From Escherichia coli (GTDB lineage Bacteria > Pseudomonadota > Gammaproteobacteria > Enterobacterales > Enterobacteriaceae), in NCBI RefSeq assembly GCF_003334815.1, contig NZ_QOWO01000003.1: a stretch of 64,000 nt of DNA; one strand, given 5' to 3'. The translations under genes and the position numbers were made by a program. Of the stretch, positions 16,181 to 27,026 are shown piece after piece; position 1 is the first letter of the stretch, and the number at the start of each line of letters is the position of its first letter. A model generated the notes under the pieces. That model ran no database searches. It was not told where the DNA came from and worked only from the letters and a program-made list of their open reading frames with translations.

Positions 16181-16556
16181 AGGGCTTCTCACGCTACTGC
16201 TGTTATTTACCTGTTTTGCGCACGCTCAGGTCGTAGACACCTGGCAATTCGCCAATCCGCAACAACAGCAACAGGCGTTAAATATTGCCAGCCAGTTACG
16301 TTGTCCGCAGTGCCAGAATCAAAACTTACTGGAATCCAACGCGCCGGTGGCTGTCAGTATGCGCCATCAGGTTTACAGCATGGTGGCGGAGGGGAAGAAC
16401 GAAGTCGAAATCATTGGCTGGATGACCGAACGCTACGGAGATTTTGTTCGCTATAACCCACCGTTAACGGGTCAGACGCTGGTGTTATGGGCGCTGCCAG
16501 TGGTGTTGTTACTGCTGATGGCACTGATCCTCTGGCGAGTGAGGGCGAAGCGATGA
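16173..16556 (+). CDS. nrfF: NrfF, CcmH-like thiol-disulfide protein
   Basis: ORF track 127 aa; CPQC motif; signal peptide. Confidence 0.93.
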
Positions 16557-17149
16557 AACAGCCCAAAATACCGGTGAAAATGCTGACAACACTCACGATA
16601 TTGATGGTATTTCTCTGTGTCGGCAGTTATCTGTTAAGCCCAAAATGGCAGGCGGTACGTGCGGAGTATCAGCGTCAGCGCGATCCGCTACATCAGTTTG
16701 CCAGCCAGCAAACCCCGGAAGCGCAGCTTCAGGCATTGCAGGATAAAATCCGCGCTAATCCACAAAACAGCGAACAGTGGGCGTTACTGGGCGAGTACTA
16801 TCTGTGGCAAAACGATTACAGCAATTCGTTGCTGGCGTACCGTCAGGCGTTGCAACTACGTGGTGAGAACGCTGAACTGTATGCGGCGCTGGCGACGGTG
16901 CTTTATTACCAGGCCAGCCAGCATATGACCGCCCAGACTCGCGCAATGATCGACAAAGCCCTCGCGCTGGACAGTAATGAAATCACCGCCCTGATGCTGC
17001 TGGCTTCCGATGCGTTTATGCAGGCGAACTACGCGCAAGCCATCGAACTATGGCAAAAAGTGATGGATCTCAACTCACCGCGAGTTAACCGAACACAGCT
17101 GGTTGAGTCGATTAATATGGCGAAATTGTTGCAGCGGAGATTGGATTAA
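16553..17149 (+). CDS. nrfG: NrfG, TPR-repeat heme lyase accessory protein
   Basis: ORF track 220 aa trimmed to [10 protein letters not shown] (198 aa); ATGA overlap with nrfF. Confidence 0.9.
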
Positions 17150-17490
17150 TCATCTGGTGATGAAGATTATGTCATTGAGCTGCATAAAAAATAATCGAAT
17201 GAACATATGCCAAAAATAATCACTAATCAGTATTATTGCAGATTAAACAAATAAAAATCTTTCCATAACAAATGGTTATTCATTAATCCTGCCATAAACT
17301 CGCGTTATTATGCATTAATGCAGCGAAAAGCTCTGTTGTTAAAGGGTTGCGCAACATACCGCGCAAATGATACTGATCATAAGCGTTAAAAAAATCTACA
17401 AACCAACGCAACACAATTCATGCCCTGGCAGTATGTCACGTTCTCGCGTTTCTGAACGGGGAACGGCGCTCCATTGAGGAAGTCATTCAT

Positions 17491-18804
17491 ATGAAAAATA
17501 TAAAATTCAGCCTGGCCTGGCAGATTCTGTTTGCTATGGTGCTGGGCATTCTCCTGGGAAGCTACCTGCACTACCATAGCGACAGCCGCGACTGGCTGGT
17601 CGTCAATTTGCTCTCTCCGGCGGGTGATATCTTCATCCATCTGATTAAAATGATTGTTGTGCCGATTGTGATCTCCACGCTGGTGGTGGGTATCGCGGGT
17701 GTTGGTGATGCCAAACAGCTCGGGCGTATTGGCGCGAAAACCATTATCTACTTCGAGGTGATCACCACCGTCGCCATCATTTTGGGGATCACTCTGGCGA
17801 ACGTCTTCCAGCCCGGTGCCGGGGTGGATATGTCGCAGTTGGCGACCGTCGATATCTCGAAATATCAGAGCACTACGGAAGCGGTACAAAGCAGTTCCCA
17901 CGGCATTATGGGCACGATTTTGTCGCTGGTGCCGACGAACATTGTGGCGTCGATGGCGAAAGGCGAAATGCTGCCGATCATCTTTTTCTCGGTGCTGTTT
18001 GGTCTGGGGCTTTCTTCCCTGCCCGCGACGCATCGTGAACCGCTGGTGACCGTGTTCCGCTCCATCTCTGAAACCATGTTTAAAGTGACTCACATGGTGA
18101 TGCGTTATGCACCGGTGGGTGTGTTTGCGCTGATTGCGGTGACGGTGGCTAACTTTGGTTTCTCGTCTCTGTGGCCACTGGCGAAACTGGTGCTGCTGGT
18201 GCATTTCGCCATTCTGTTCTTCGCGCTGGTAGTGCTGGGAATTGTGGCGCGCCTGTGCGGGTTAAGCGTCTGGATCCTGATTCGTATTCTGAAAGATGAG
18301 CTGATTCTGGCGTACTCCACTGCCAGCTCTGAAAGCGTGCTGCCGCGAATTATTGAGAAGATGGAAGCCTACGGAGCACCGGCGTCGATCACCAGTTTCG
18401 TGGTGCCGACCGGTTACTCTTTTAACCTTGATGGTTCGACGCTGTATCAAAGTATTGCCGCTATCTTCATCGCGCAGTTGTATGGCATTGACCTGTCCAT
18501 CTGGCAGGAAATCATTCTGGTGCTGACGCTGATGGTGACCTCGAAAGGGATTGCTGGCGTGCCTGGCGTGTCGTTTGTGGTGTTGCTGGCAACGCTGGGT
18601 AGCGTAGGTATTCCGCTGGAAGGTCTGGCGTTTATTGCTGGTGTTGACCGTATCCTCGACATGGCGCGTACTGCGCTGAACGTGGTGGGTAATGCGCTGG
18701 CGGTGCTGGTGATTGCCAAGTGGGAACACAAATTTGACCGTAAGAAAGCGCTGGCTTATGAGCGTGAAGTGCTGGGCAAATTTGATAAAACTGCGGATCA
18801 ATAA
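17491..18804 (+). CDS. gltP: Glutamate/aspartate:proton symporter
   Basis: ORF track 437 aa MKNIKFSLAWQILFAMVLG...; DAACS family. Confidence 0.95.
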   Translation: MKNIKFSLAWQILFAMVLGILLGSYLHYHSDSRDWLVVNLLSPAGDIFIHLIKMIVVPIVISTLVVGIAGVGDAKQLGRIGAKTIIYFEVITTVAIILGITLANVFQPGAGVDMSQLATVDISKYQSTTEAVQSSSHGIMGTILSLVPTNIVASMAKGEMLPIIFFSVLFGLGLSSLPATHREPLVTVFRSISETMFKVTHMVMRYAPVGVFALIAVTVANFGFSSLWPLAKLVLLVHFAILFFALVVLGIVARLCGLSVWILIRILKDELILAYSTASSESVLPRIIEKMEAYGAPASITSFVVPTGYSFNLDGSTLYQSIAAIFIAQLYGIDLSIWQEIILVLTLMVTSKGIAGVPGVSFVVLLATLGSVGIPLEGLAFIAGVDRILDMARTALNVVGNALAVLVIAKWEHKFDRKKALAYEREVLGKFDKTADQ

Positions 18805-18837
18805 TTGAAGATTGCCGGGGATATCCACCCGGCAATG

Positions 18838-19335
18838 TGTGAATGCCTGATGCGACGCTTGCCGCGTCTTATCAGGCCTACGCCAGACAGCGCAATAGCC
18901 TGATTTAGCGTGATTTTGTAGGTCGGATAAGGCGTTTATGCCGCATCCGACATCAACGCCTGATGCGACGCTTAACGCGTCTTATCAGGCCTACGCCAGA
19001 CAGCGCAATAGCCTGATTTAGCGTGATTTTGTAGGTCGGATAAGGCGTTTACGCCGCATCCGACATCAACGCCTGATGCGACGCTTGCCGCGTCTTATCA
19101 GGCCTACGCCAGACAGCGCAATAGCCTGATTTAGCGTGATTTTGTAGGTCGGATAAGGCGTTTATGCCGCATCCGACATCAACGCCTGATGCGACGCTTA
19201 ACGCGTCTTATCAGGCCTACGCCAGACAGCGCAATAGCCTGATTTAGCGTGATTTTGTAGGTCGGATAAGGCGTTTACGCCGCATCCGACATCAATGCCT
19301 GATGCGACGCTTGCCGCGTCTTATCAGGCCTATCT
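18838..19335. repeat. Tandem array of about five 113-bp units, each containing paired REP palindromes
   Basis: GCCTGATGCGACGCTT(G/A)... recurs at about 18845, 18958, 19071, 19184 and 19297 (period 113 bp); units near-identical with a few substitutions. Confidence 0.85.
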
Positions 19336-20024
19336 TAACCGTTGGTTAATTTTTCAAACTCTTCACACCCGGTATCAAACCCTTCCATACAGCTCAGGTT
19401 CAACCAGTGCAGCGCCTTTTGCTTGTTCTTCTCGATAAAACCTTCTTCACCGTTTAAGAACATCATTCCCGCCCAGTACTCGGAATAACCGGTTCGGGAA
19501 ATTGCAGAGCTGCGTTTGAAATACCAGGTTGCCTTGTCATCGTCGGCCTTAATGCCCACGCCGTTGGCGTAAATCAAACCAAGCAGCATTTGGGCATCGA
19601 CGGCAGAGTCGTTCTCCAGATCTTCCGAGGCGTTTTCTAACAGCGAAATTGCCTTTGGATAATCCGGTTTACCCGCTTGAGTATTTACCAGAATATGCGC
19701 CAGCGTTACTTCACCTTCTTTACTGCCCGCTTGCGCCGCTTTCTCTGCAAGAACTTTTGCTTGTGGATAGTCCAGACTGACCGGATTGGTGATTTTGATC
19801 TGCGCCAGCAGCGCGCAGGCATCAGCATCACCGCTGTCGGCGGCTTTCTGTGCCCAATATTCGGCTTTGCTCAAATCGCCGGAGCTAAACCAGCTGTCGG
19901 CAAGAAAATATTGTGCGCGTCGGTCCCCGGCCTCTGCTGCCTTTAAATACTGGCTGCCAGGCTCGGAGTCGTTGGCGTGGGCAAAGAATGTCAAAAACAA
20001 CATCAATGCGATAATTTTTTTCAT
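19335..20024 (-). CDS. yjcO: Sel1-repeat protein with signal peptide, unknown function
   Basis: ORF track 229 aa MKKIIALMLFLTFFAHA...; repeated Sel1/TPR-like units. Confidence 0.85.
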   Translation of the reverse strand: MKKIIALMLFLTFFAHANDSEPGSQYLKAAEAGDRRAQYFLADSWFSSGDLSKAEYWAQKAADSGDADACALLAQIKITNPVSLDYPQAKVLAEKAAQAGSKEGEVTLAHILVNTQAGKPDYPKAISLLENASEDLENDSAVDAQMLLGLIYANGVGIKADDDKATWYFKRSSAISRTGYSEYWAGMMFLNGEEGFIEKNKQKALHWLNLSCMEGFDTGCEEFEKLTNG

Positions 20025-20076
20025 TTTGATAATACGATTGGGTAGGGAGTAACCAGTATAAAGAGTTCGAATGGAT

Positions 20077-20103
20077 AAAAAAACAGCCTCCGAAAGGAGG
20101 CTG
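20077..20103 (-). terminator. Rho-independent terminator of fdhF
   Basis: Hairpin CAGCCTCC-GAAA-GGAGGCTG with an A-run on the plus strand (T-run on the transcribed strand). Confidence 0.65.
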
Positions 20104-20117
20104 TAGAAAGGACGGTA

Positions 20118-22265
20118 TTACGCCAGTGCCGCTTCGCGCAGGCGAGTTTTCAACTTGTTGTACTCGTCAATCACGTACTGCTCGGCGGCGCGCTGATCGG
20201 CGATCGGCTCGACGCGAACGGCGCAGTATTTGTACTCCGGCGTTTTCGTAATCGGGCTTAAGTTTTCAGTAACCAGCTCGTTACAGGCACCAATCCACCA
20301 CTGGTAGGTCATGTAAATCGCCCCTTTGTTCGGACGATCGCTGACCTGCGCACGGGTGATAATTTTGCCTTTACGCGAGTGCACCCAAACCAATGCCTCA
20401 TCTTCAATACCCAGACGTTTGGCGTCTTCGGTATTGATTTGTGCGTAGCCAGGTTCATCAGCCAGCGCCGCCAGTGCCGCACAGTTACCGGTCATCGAAC
20501 GGCAAGAGTAGTGACCAACTTCACGCACCGTTGACAGTACCATCGGGTACTCGTCGGTGAGTTTGTCGATTGGCGCTACCCAGTCGCAGGTGAAGAACTG
20601 CGCCAGACCGTTCGGGGTATCAAACTTCTCTTTAAACAGATAAGAAGTCCCCTGATCGGCATCTGAAGTATCGCGGCAAGGCCACTGAATGAAGCCCAGT
20701 TCGCCCATTTTCTCGTAAGTCGCACCGTAGAAATCCGGGCACAGATGACGCAACTCATCCCAGATCTCCTGGGTGTTGTTGTAGTGCATCGGATAACCCA
20801 TACGGGTGGCGATTTCACTGATGATTTGCCAGTCCGTTTTCAGATCCCATTTCGGTTCAACCGCCTTGAAGAAACGCTGGAAGCCACGGTCAGCCGCAGT
20901 AAACACGCCTTCATGCTCGCCCCACGACGTTGACGGTAAAATAACATCCGCCGCCGACGCGGTTTTGGTCATAAAGATGTCCTGAACGATAACCAGTTCC
21001 AGATCTTCAAAGGCTTTACGTACTGCCGACAGCTCCGCGTCAGTTTGTAGCGGATCTTCGCCCATAATGTACGCGGCACGCACTTCGCCATGCGCTGCGC
21101 GGTGCGGCAGCTCGCTGATGCGATAGCCGGTATGCGCTGGCAGGCTTTCCACGCCCCAGGCTTTGGCGAATTTCTCGCGGTTAGCCGGATCTTTCACGTA
21201 CTGGTATCCCGGATACGTATCCGGCAGCGCGCCCATATCGCAGGCACCCTGAACGTTGTTCTGACCACGAACCGGGTTAACACCCGCATGCGGCTTACCG
21301 AGGTTACCGGTCAGCATCGCGAGGCTGGTCAGAGAACGCACGGTTTCCACGCCCTGGTAGAACTGGGTTACACCCATGCCCCACAGGATGGCGGCGCTTT
21401 TCGCCTGGGCATACATCCGTGCCGCCTGACGAATCTCACTGGCGCTGACGCCGGTGATATCTTCAACCGACTCCGGCGTGTAGCCTTCAACGATTTTACG
21501 ATACTCTTCAAAGCCTTCTGTACGTGAAGCGACGAACGCTTTGTCGTACAGATTTTCTTCAATAATGACATGGCCCATCGCATTCAACAGCGCGATGTTC
21601 GAGCCGTTTTTCAGTGCAATGTGCATGTCAGCAATGCGCGCGGTTTCAATTTTGCGCGGATCGCAGACGATAATTTTCGCCCCGTTACGTTTAGCGTTAA
21701 TTACGTGATTCGCCACGATTGGGTGGGAATCCGCCGGGTTGTACCCGAAAACGAACACTAAATCGGTATTATCAATTTCGTTAATAGCATTGCTCATTGC
21801 GCCATTACCGACCGATTGGTGCAGACCTGCAACCGATGGGCCGTGTCAGACACGAGCGCAGCAGTCAACGTTATTGGTACCAATAACGGCGCGCGCAAAT
21901 TTTTGCATTACATAGTTGGTTTCGTTACCCGTACCACGCGAGGAGCCGGTCGTCTGGATGGCATCCGGACCGTACTTCTCTTTGATGGCGCTCAGGCGCT
22001 CGGCAACGTAATTCAGTGCCTCATCCCAGGAAACAGGTTCGAGTTTGCCGCCACGCTGGCGACGGATCATGGGGGTTTTCAGGCGCGGGGTCAGGATCTG
22101 GGTATCGTTAATGAAGTCCCAGCCATAATAACCCTTCAGACACAGGGTACCCTGGTTGGTTTTCCCCTGCGCTGCCTCCGCCCGGACGATTTTGCCGTTA
22201 TCGACGACCAGGTTGATTTTGCAACCTGATGCGCAATAGGGGCAAACCGTGACGACTTTTTTCAT
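20118..22265 (-). CDS. fdhF: Formate dehydrogenase H (selenocysteine-containing molybdoenzyme of formate hydrogenlyase)
   Basis: Two in-frame ORF-track pieces (21846..22265 ending ...DCCARV, and 20118..21797) joined by a TGA at 21846..21848 read as selenocysteine; total 715 codons. Confidence 0.95.
21800..21848 (-). other. Selenocysteine UGA codon plus downstream SECIS stem-loop
   Basis: mRNA sequence UGA CAC GGC CCA UCG GUU GCA GGU CUG CAC CAA UCG GUC GGU AAU matches the fdhF SECIS as I remember it. Confidence 0.85.
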
Positions 22266-22304
22266 CGGTCTCGCTCCAGTTAATCAAATCACGCATACGC
22301 GCTC

Positions 22305-22333
22305 TCGACTACAGTATGCATCTTTTATGCCAC
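22305..22333 (-). promoter_or_regulatory. Sigma-54 (-24/-12) promoter of fdhF
   Basis: On the minus strand TGGCAT-AAAAG-ATGCA, with GG and GC separated by 10 nt, about 40 nt upstream of the start codon. Confidence 0.75.
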
Positions 22334-22394
22334 ATTTTATGTGGGGTCATTCCCTGATATTACGGGCACTATTTATTCAAAACTCTGACGAAAA

Positions 22395-22440
22395 ACAGGC
22401 TGTCGTCAGTTTTGACGTGACGAAACGAAATACCGCGTGA
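22395..22440 (-). promoter_or_regulatory. Candidate FhlA upstream activating sequence
   Basis: Inverted-repeat-rich TGTCGTCAGTTTTGACGTGACGAAACGAAA about 100 bp upstream of the sigma-54 promoter. Confidence 0.5.
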
Positions 22441-22462
22441 CAGCCATCACGCGGCAGACATT

Positions 22463-23929
22463 TTATTTTTTCTCGACGACGGGACCTGCCTGATACCCGC
22501 CGCCCAGCGATTTCATCAACTGAATGCTTTGGATCACCCGGCGGCTGTCCAGCATCAGTAATGACATCTCTTCGGCAAGCACTGGCAACCGGGCTTCGGT
22601 GGCCTGTAAGCGGCTGGTTAAGCCGCGCTGATAGGCGGCCTCGGCAGCGCGCTGGGTAAAGCGCGTGGCTTCCACGCGTTCAGCCTGCATTTCTCGCTCG
22701 TCGTTGAGCGTTTGCAGACGCGTGCCGTTGACGGCAACGTCACGCACCGCGTTCAGTACTGACTGGTTGTAACGTTCAATCATCATGTTGCTGGCGGCGC
22801 GCGTGCCTTCGAGATTGGCATTCAACCGTCCACCGTCAAACAGCGGCAATTTCAGACCCGGGATGAAGTTGAACTGGCGACTGGTTTTTTTGAATAAGGT
22901 ATGCAGATGGATGGAGTCCAGACCGAAAAACGCTTTGATATCAAAGCTCGGATAGAACAACGCCCGCGCGGAATCCACCTGATCTAATGACGCCTGAACA
23001 TACCAGCGCATGGCTTGCAGATCCGGGCGTCTGGCGAGCAACTCATAAGAGAGTGTCGCCGGAATGCCGGTCTGGACTTGCGGTAATGCCACCGGTCTGA
23101 TCTCCGGCATATCGCTGGCTCCCGCGCCAATCAATGCACGCAGAGATTCTCGCGTTTCGGTGATTTGCCCTTTGACGGCAACAATTTGTTTATCGACCGC
23201 CAGAATCTGTGCCCGCGCGCCGTGGAAAGGCACTTGCGCTTCCAGACCGTGCGCCACTTTACTCTGGTGCGCTTTCACCGCGTAATCAATCACATCGTGA
23301 GTTTGTTCTAACAGATCGAGCATCTGATAGCTGGCCTGCATACTGTAATAAAGCTGCGCTACGCCCGTGGCCAGCGATAGCTCTACTGCTGCGGTTTCTG
23401 CCAGCGCGGCATTATGCGCGCCAATGGCGGCGGCAACCGCTGAGCGATGCACACCCCACAAATCAAGATCCAGTCCGGCAAACAAACCTACTGTGGCTTC
23501 CGTATAGTACGGCCCGTCCATACCCAGTGCTGGCGCATCCATTGAATAAGGGCTTAAAAAGCCGTTCGCCGAGACACGTTGGCGGTTGAGCATCCCTAAC
23601 GCTGCGACCTGTAATTGTGAACCGGCATCTAACAAATCGGCCTGGGACTGCGCTTTTTCTTCCCGCAGTTTCGCTTCGGCGAGGGTGTGTGAACCACTTA
23701 GCGTCCGTTGGATCAGCGCATCCAGCTGCGGGTCATTGAGTTGTTTCCACCACTGCGCCTGCGGCCAGCCGGAGCTGGCAAGATGAATATCGTCGGCCAG
23801 TTTGATTTGTTCCGGTTTGAGCTGTTGATGAGGTGCAGAATCCTTACGTACCAGGGCACAGCCGGAAATCAGCGTCGTGCTGCCGAGAATGCTGCACAAC
23901 AGCAGACGTGAAAGTTGACGATTGATCAT
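22463..23929 (-). CDS. mdtP: Outer-membrane efflux channel (TolC-like) lipoprotein
   Basis: ORF track 488 aa; lipoprotein signal with LISGC lipobox. Confidence 0.9.
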   Translation of the reverse strand: MINRQLSRLLLCSILGSTTLISGCALVRKDSAPHQQLKPEQIKLADDIHLASSGWPQAQWWKQLNDPQLDALIQRTLSGSHTLAEAKLREEKAQSQADLLDAGSQLQVAALGMLNRQRVSANGFLSPYSMDAPALGMDGPYYTEATVGLFAGLDLDLWGVHRSAVAAAIGAHNAALAETAAVELSLATGVAQLYYSMQASYQMLDLLEQTHDVIDYAVKAHQSKVAHGLEAQVPFHGARAQILAVDKQIVAVKGQITETRESLRALIGAGASDMPEIRPVALPQVQTGIPATLSYELLARRPDLQAMRWYVQASLDQVDSARALFYPSFDIKAFFGLDSIHLHTLFKKTSRQFNFIPGLKLPLFDGGRLNANLEGTRAASNMMIERYNQSVLNAVRDVAVNGTRLQTLNDEREMQAERVEATRFTQRAAEAAYQRGLTSRLQATEARLPVLAEEMSLLMLDSRRVIQSIQLMKSLGGGYQAGPVVEKK

Positions 23930-25977
23930 TGCGTGGCTCCTTGTGCCTGTTCCGTGGCGGGCGTTAATGCCGGGGCTGTCCAGTCTGGCAAGCGGGCGAA
24001 AAGCTGGCAGACGTGTTGCTCCTGTTTTAATAAGGTGGGCAGGATGGCCTGAGAGGCGGGTGTCTCTTCAAGCGTTATTTGAGGAGAACGGCTGAGTGCG
24101 GTTGCCAGACCGGCAGCGTATTTCTCCAGGGCGTCGGCAAACTGACCTGCTCTGTCCGGCTGTAGTGCGTTATCCAGCGCCTGCGCCGAGTTCCAGGTGG
24201 CATCCCAGGCGTGAAGAAGATCGCGGCCCTGACGAATAACCGTTTGCGAACGTTCAATCAGTAATGCGCGTTCTTCGCTGTCCAGTTGACGCTCCAGCGC
24301 CACGCGTTGGCACATCTCTTCACAGGCATTAAACGCCGCATGCAGACCGATACGAATTTGCAGATAAGTGCGCAGAGCCGTGACTTCCTGCTGGCGTGGG
24401 ATCCGCATTACTTTACTTAACATACCCAGCGTGCCAGCCAGTTTTTGCGGCAGTGTGCGCGCTTCACTTTCAGGCCAGACAAAGGTGTAAATCACCGCGG
24501 ACACCACGGTACCAATGATGATACCCAGGGCGCGATCGCGAATTTCCACCAGGTCGTACACTGGGCCAAAAACGTTTTCGAGCGTGGCGAGCGCGAAGGT
24601 GACCACCATCTGTGTGCCGATATAAGAAGAGCGTTCAGAGCTGGTGGCAATCCATGCGCCCAACAGGAAAATCGGTGCCAGCACAAACAGCAATTCGACA
24701 ATATTGTCCAGCCAGGGCATGACCAGTAGCGTGAATAACAGCGCCAGAATCGCGCCGCAAAAGGCCCCGCCAAAACGCAGCACCATCTTCTGGTACGACG
24801 AACCGACATTTGGGTTAGCGACGATCACGCATGTCAGCATACAGGTGTGAATGCCTTCCCAGTCCACGCCGCTGTAAAAGGTGTAACAGATCAAACAGGC
24901 GAGCAGCGTTTTTACCGCGTAGCGCATATAGTCTGGATTGGTAAAAGCATCGGCGGCCATTGATGGCGGTTTGGCTGCGGGCGTTGGCGGCGTATTCGGG
25001 TCCATCTGACCCAGTTGTAACAACGTCTGGCAGATATTCTCCAGGTTACATTCCCGTGCCGCCATCGCTTCACTTTCACTGATCCGCCAGTCGCTTTGCC
25101 AGCACTGACCTTCAGCAACGGCATGCTGCAGCTTGTTGATTTCTGAAGCTAATTTTTGTCGGAATTCAATAATTGCCTGAGAATCAGCAAAAGAGGTGGG
25201 ATCGTAGCGATTCAGCGTCGAGTAAATGTAGGTTACCGTTGCCACGCAGCTTTGCCACCATGCGTTTTGAGTTCGCCAGTTGGCATCGTCCGCGAGGCAA
25301 AAGACATTGAGTTTTTGTAGCGCCAGCGCCTCTCTTTCAATCCGCGTTTCGGGTAGCGGTGCGAGGCTGTCTGTCAGGTGACTAATGGCATCATCAAGCC
25401 GATCATTAAGCGCCTGATGCATTTGCGAAATGGCACGACTGGGAAACCACAGCACGCCGATTAACGTCATCAGCAAGGTTGGATAGAGGCCAACAACGAT
25501 ACACCACAGCGTTAAGCGCACGACCACTTCCGGATAGTCGAGCATGGCGGGGAAGGTTTGCCCGTAAATAGCGACAATGGCGACGGCGAAAAAGACCAGC
25601 CCCAAGCGATGGGTGCGCATCAAAAACATGCAGCCCATCAGGATCGGTCCGGCGATGATCAATCGGATCAACGGTTCGCCGTATGACCATTTGTAGATCA
25701 AAAACAGGCTGCCGATCTCCAGCACCGTGGCAACCACAAACAAGATCGCGACAAATTTGGTGTAAAACGCGTTCGACTGAATACCGTAAAACAGCACTGC
25801 CAGCGATAACGCCACAAAAGGGATCTCAAAGGTCATCGAGATCAGAATCACCAGCAGGCAGCCTACCCAGAGTTGCACGGTCTGCGGCACGCGACCTGGT
25901 CGCCGCTCGCTTAACTCTTCATGAAAGAACGCCAGCAGCCTGACCACCGGTAATGGCAGGGAGTTGAGCGCGCTCAT
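23926..25977 (-). CDS. mdtO: Inner-membrane exporter of the FUSC/AaeB-like family
   Basis: ORF track 683 aa; overlaps mdtP and mdtN. Confidence 0.9.
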   Translation of the reverse strand: MSALNSLPLPVVRLLAFFHEELSERRPGRVPQTVQLWVGCLLVILISMTFEIPFVALSLAVLFYGIQSNAFYTKFVAILFVVATVLEIGSLFLIYKWSYGEPLIRLIIAGPILMGCMFLMRTHRLGLVFFAVAIVAIYGQTFPAMLDYPEVVVRLTLWCIVVGLYPTLLMTLIGVLWFPSRAISQMHQALNDRLDDAISHLTDSLAPLPETRIEREALALQKLNVFCLADDANWRTQNAWWQSCVATVTYIYSTLNRYDPTSFADSQAIIEFRQKLASEINKLQHAVAEGQCWQSDWRISESEAMAARECNLENICQTLLQLGQMDPNTPPTPAAKPPSMAADAFTNPDYMRYAVKTLLACLICYTFYSGVDWEGIHTCMLTCVIVANPNVGSSYQKMVLRFGGAFCGAILALLFTLLVMPWLDNIVELLFVLAPIFLLGAWIATSSERSSYIGTQMVVTFALATLENVFGPVYDLVEIRDRALGIIIGTVVSAVIYTFVWPESEARTLPQKLAGTLGMLSKVMRIPRQQEVTALRTYLQIRIGLHAAFNACEEMCQRVALERQLDSEERALLIERSQTVIRQGRDLLHAWDATWNSAQALDNALQPDRAGQFADALEKYAAGLATALSRSPQITLEETPASQAILPTLLKQEQHVCQLFARLPDWTAPALTPATEQAQGATQ

Positions 25978-27008
25978 TATTGCGGCTCAAGATTAGCGAC
26001 TGCCGAAGCGCCGATGCGGAACATTTCCGGGTCAGGTTTATCGACCATGATTTTGACCGGAAAACGCTGGGCAACGCGGACCCAGTTAATAGAACGAGAC
26101 ACTTTCGGCAGGCCGCCCAGCACCAGGCCGCCGTCATCCGGTAGCACGCCGTAGCCAATCGAATCCACTTTACCCTCGAAGGTTTTGCCGCTGTCACTCA
26201 TCAGGCGAATCGTTGCGGGTGTACCTGAGCGAATATTTTTCAGATCGGTTTCGCGGAAGTTGGCGATCACATACCAGTGACGAGTGTCGATTAGGGTAAA
26301 AATAGGGCGCATGGCAGAAGCAAATTGCCCGACGGAGGTTTTGAGGGAAATGACCCGGCCATCAAACGGCGCGCGAACGGTCGCCATTTCCAGATGCAGT
26401 TTGGTCAGGGCAATATCCGCTTCGACCGCCGCACGCTGGGCAACTAATGCATCCACGCCGCTGACGGCGCTGGCGGCTGACTGCGCCTGTAACAATACGG
26501 CATTAAGATCCGCTTCTGCGGCGCGCTGCGCCGTTCTTGCACGGTCAACATCTTCCGCTGAGACAAAACCTTCTTTCAGTAATGGCTCGGTGCGGCGTAA
26601 TGTATCTGTGGCCTGTTTCGCGGCGGCACGGGCTTTTTCTACCGTGGCATTAACCGAGTCGGCACCAAACTGTTGCGCGTCAACGCTACGCTGGGTGAGC
26701 ATAATTTGCTTATCCAGCGCCGCGAGGGAGGCTTCAGCTTTCGCCAGATTGGCTTCGTACGGGCGCGGGTCGATGCGGAACAGCAAATCGCCCTGTTTGA
26801 CTGCCTGGTTGTCGGTGACCGCCAGTTCTACAATGCGGCCGCTGACTTCCGGTACCACATCAATGGTATCTGCTGACGCGTAAGCGTCATTAGTTGATGG
26901 CGCACTGTCTACGCGCCAGATAACGAAAACAAGGGCAACCAGCGCCAACGCAACCACTAACAGAGCAGGGAATTTACTGCGAGGAGCTTTTTTCGGCGTA
27001 CTTTCCAT
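25977..27008 (-). CDS. mdtN: Membrane fusion (periplasmic adaptor) protein
   Basis: ORF track 343 aa; single N-terminal transmembrane helix plus coiled-coil. Confidence 0.9.
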   Translation of the reverse strand: MESTPKKAPRSKFPALLVVALALVALVFVIWRVDSAPSTNDAYASADTIDVVPEVSGRIVELAVTDNQAVKQGDLLFRIDPRPYEANLAKAEASLAALDKQIMLTQRSVDAQQFGADSVNATVEKARAAAKQATDTLRRTEPLLKEGFVSAEDVDRARTAQRAAEADLNAVLLQAQSAASAVSGVDALVAQRAAVEADIALTKLHLEMATVRAPFDGRVISLKTSVGQFASAMRPIFTLIDTRHWYVIANFRETDLKNIRSGTPATIRLMSDSGKTFEGKVDSIGYGVLPDDGGLVLGGLPKVSRSINWVRVAQRFPVKIMVDKPDPEMFRIGASAVANLEPQ

Positions 27009-27026
27009 GAGCGCGTCTCAAATAGA

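Noticed and set aside
18838-19335. Possible CRISPR array, given regularly spaced palindromic repeats
   Set aside because: The whole 113-bp unit is repeated with no unique spacers, the repeats are REP palindromes, and no cas genes are nearby; this is a tandem REP array. The same applies to 48617..48900.
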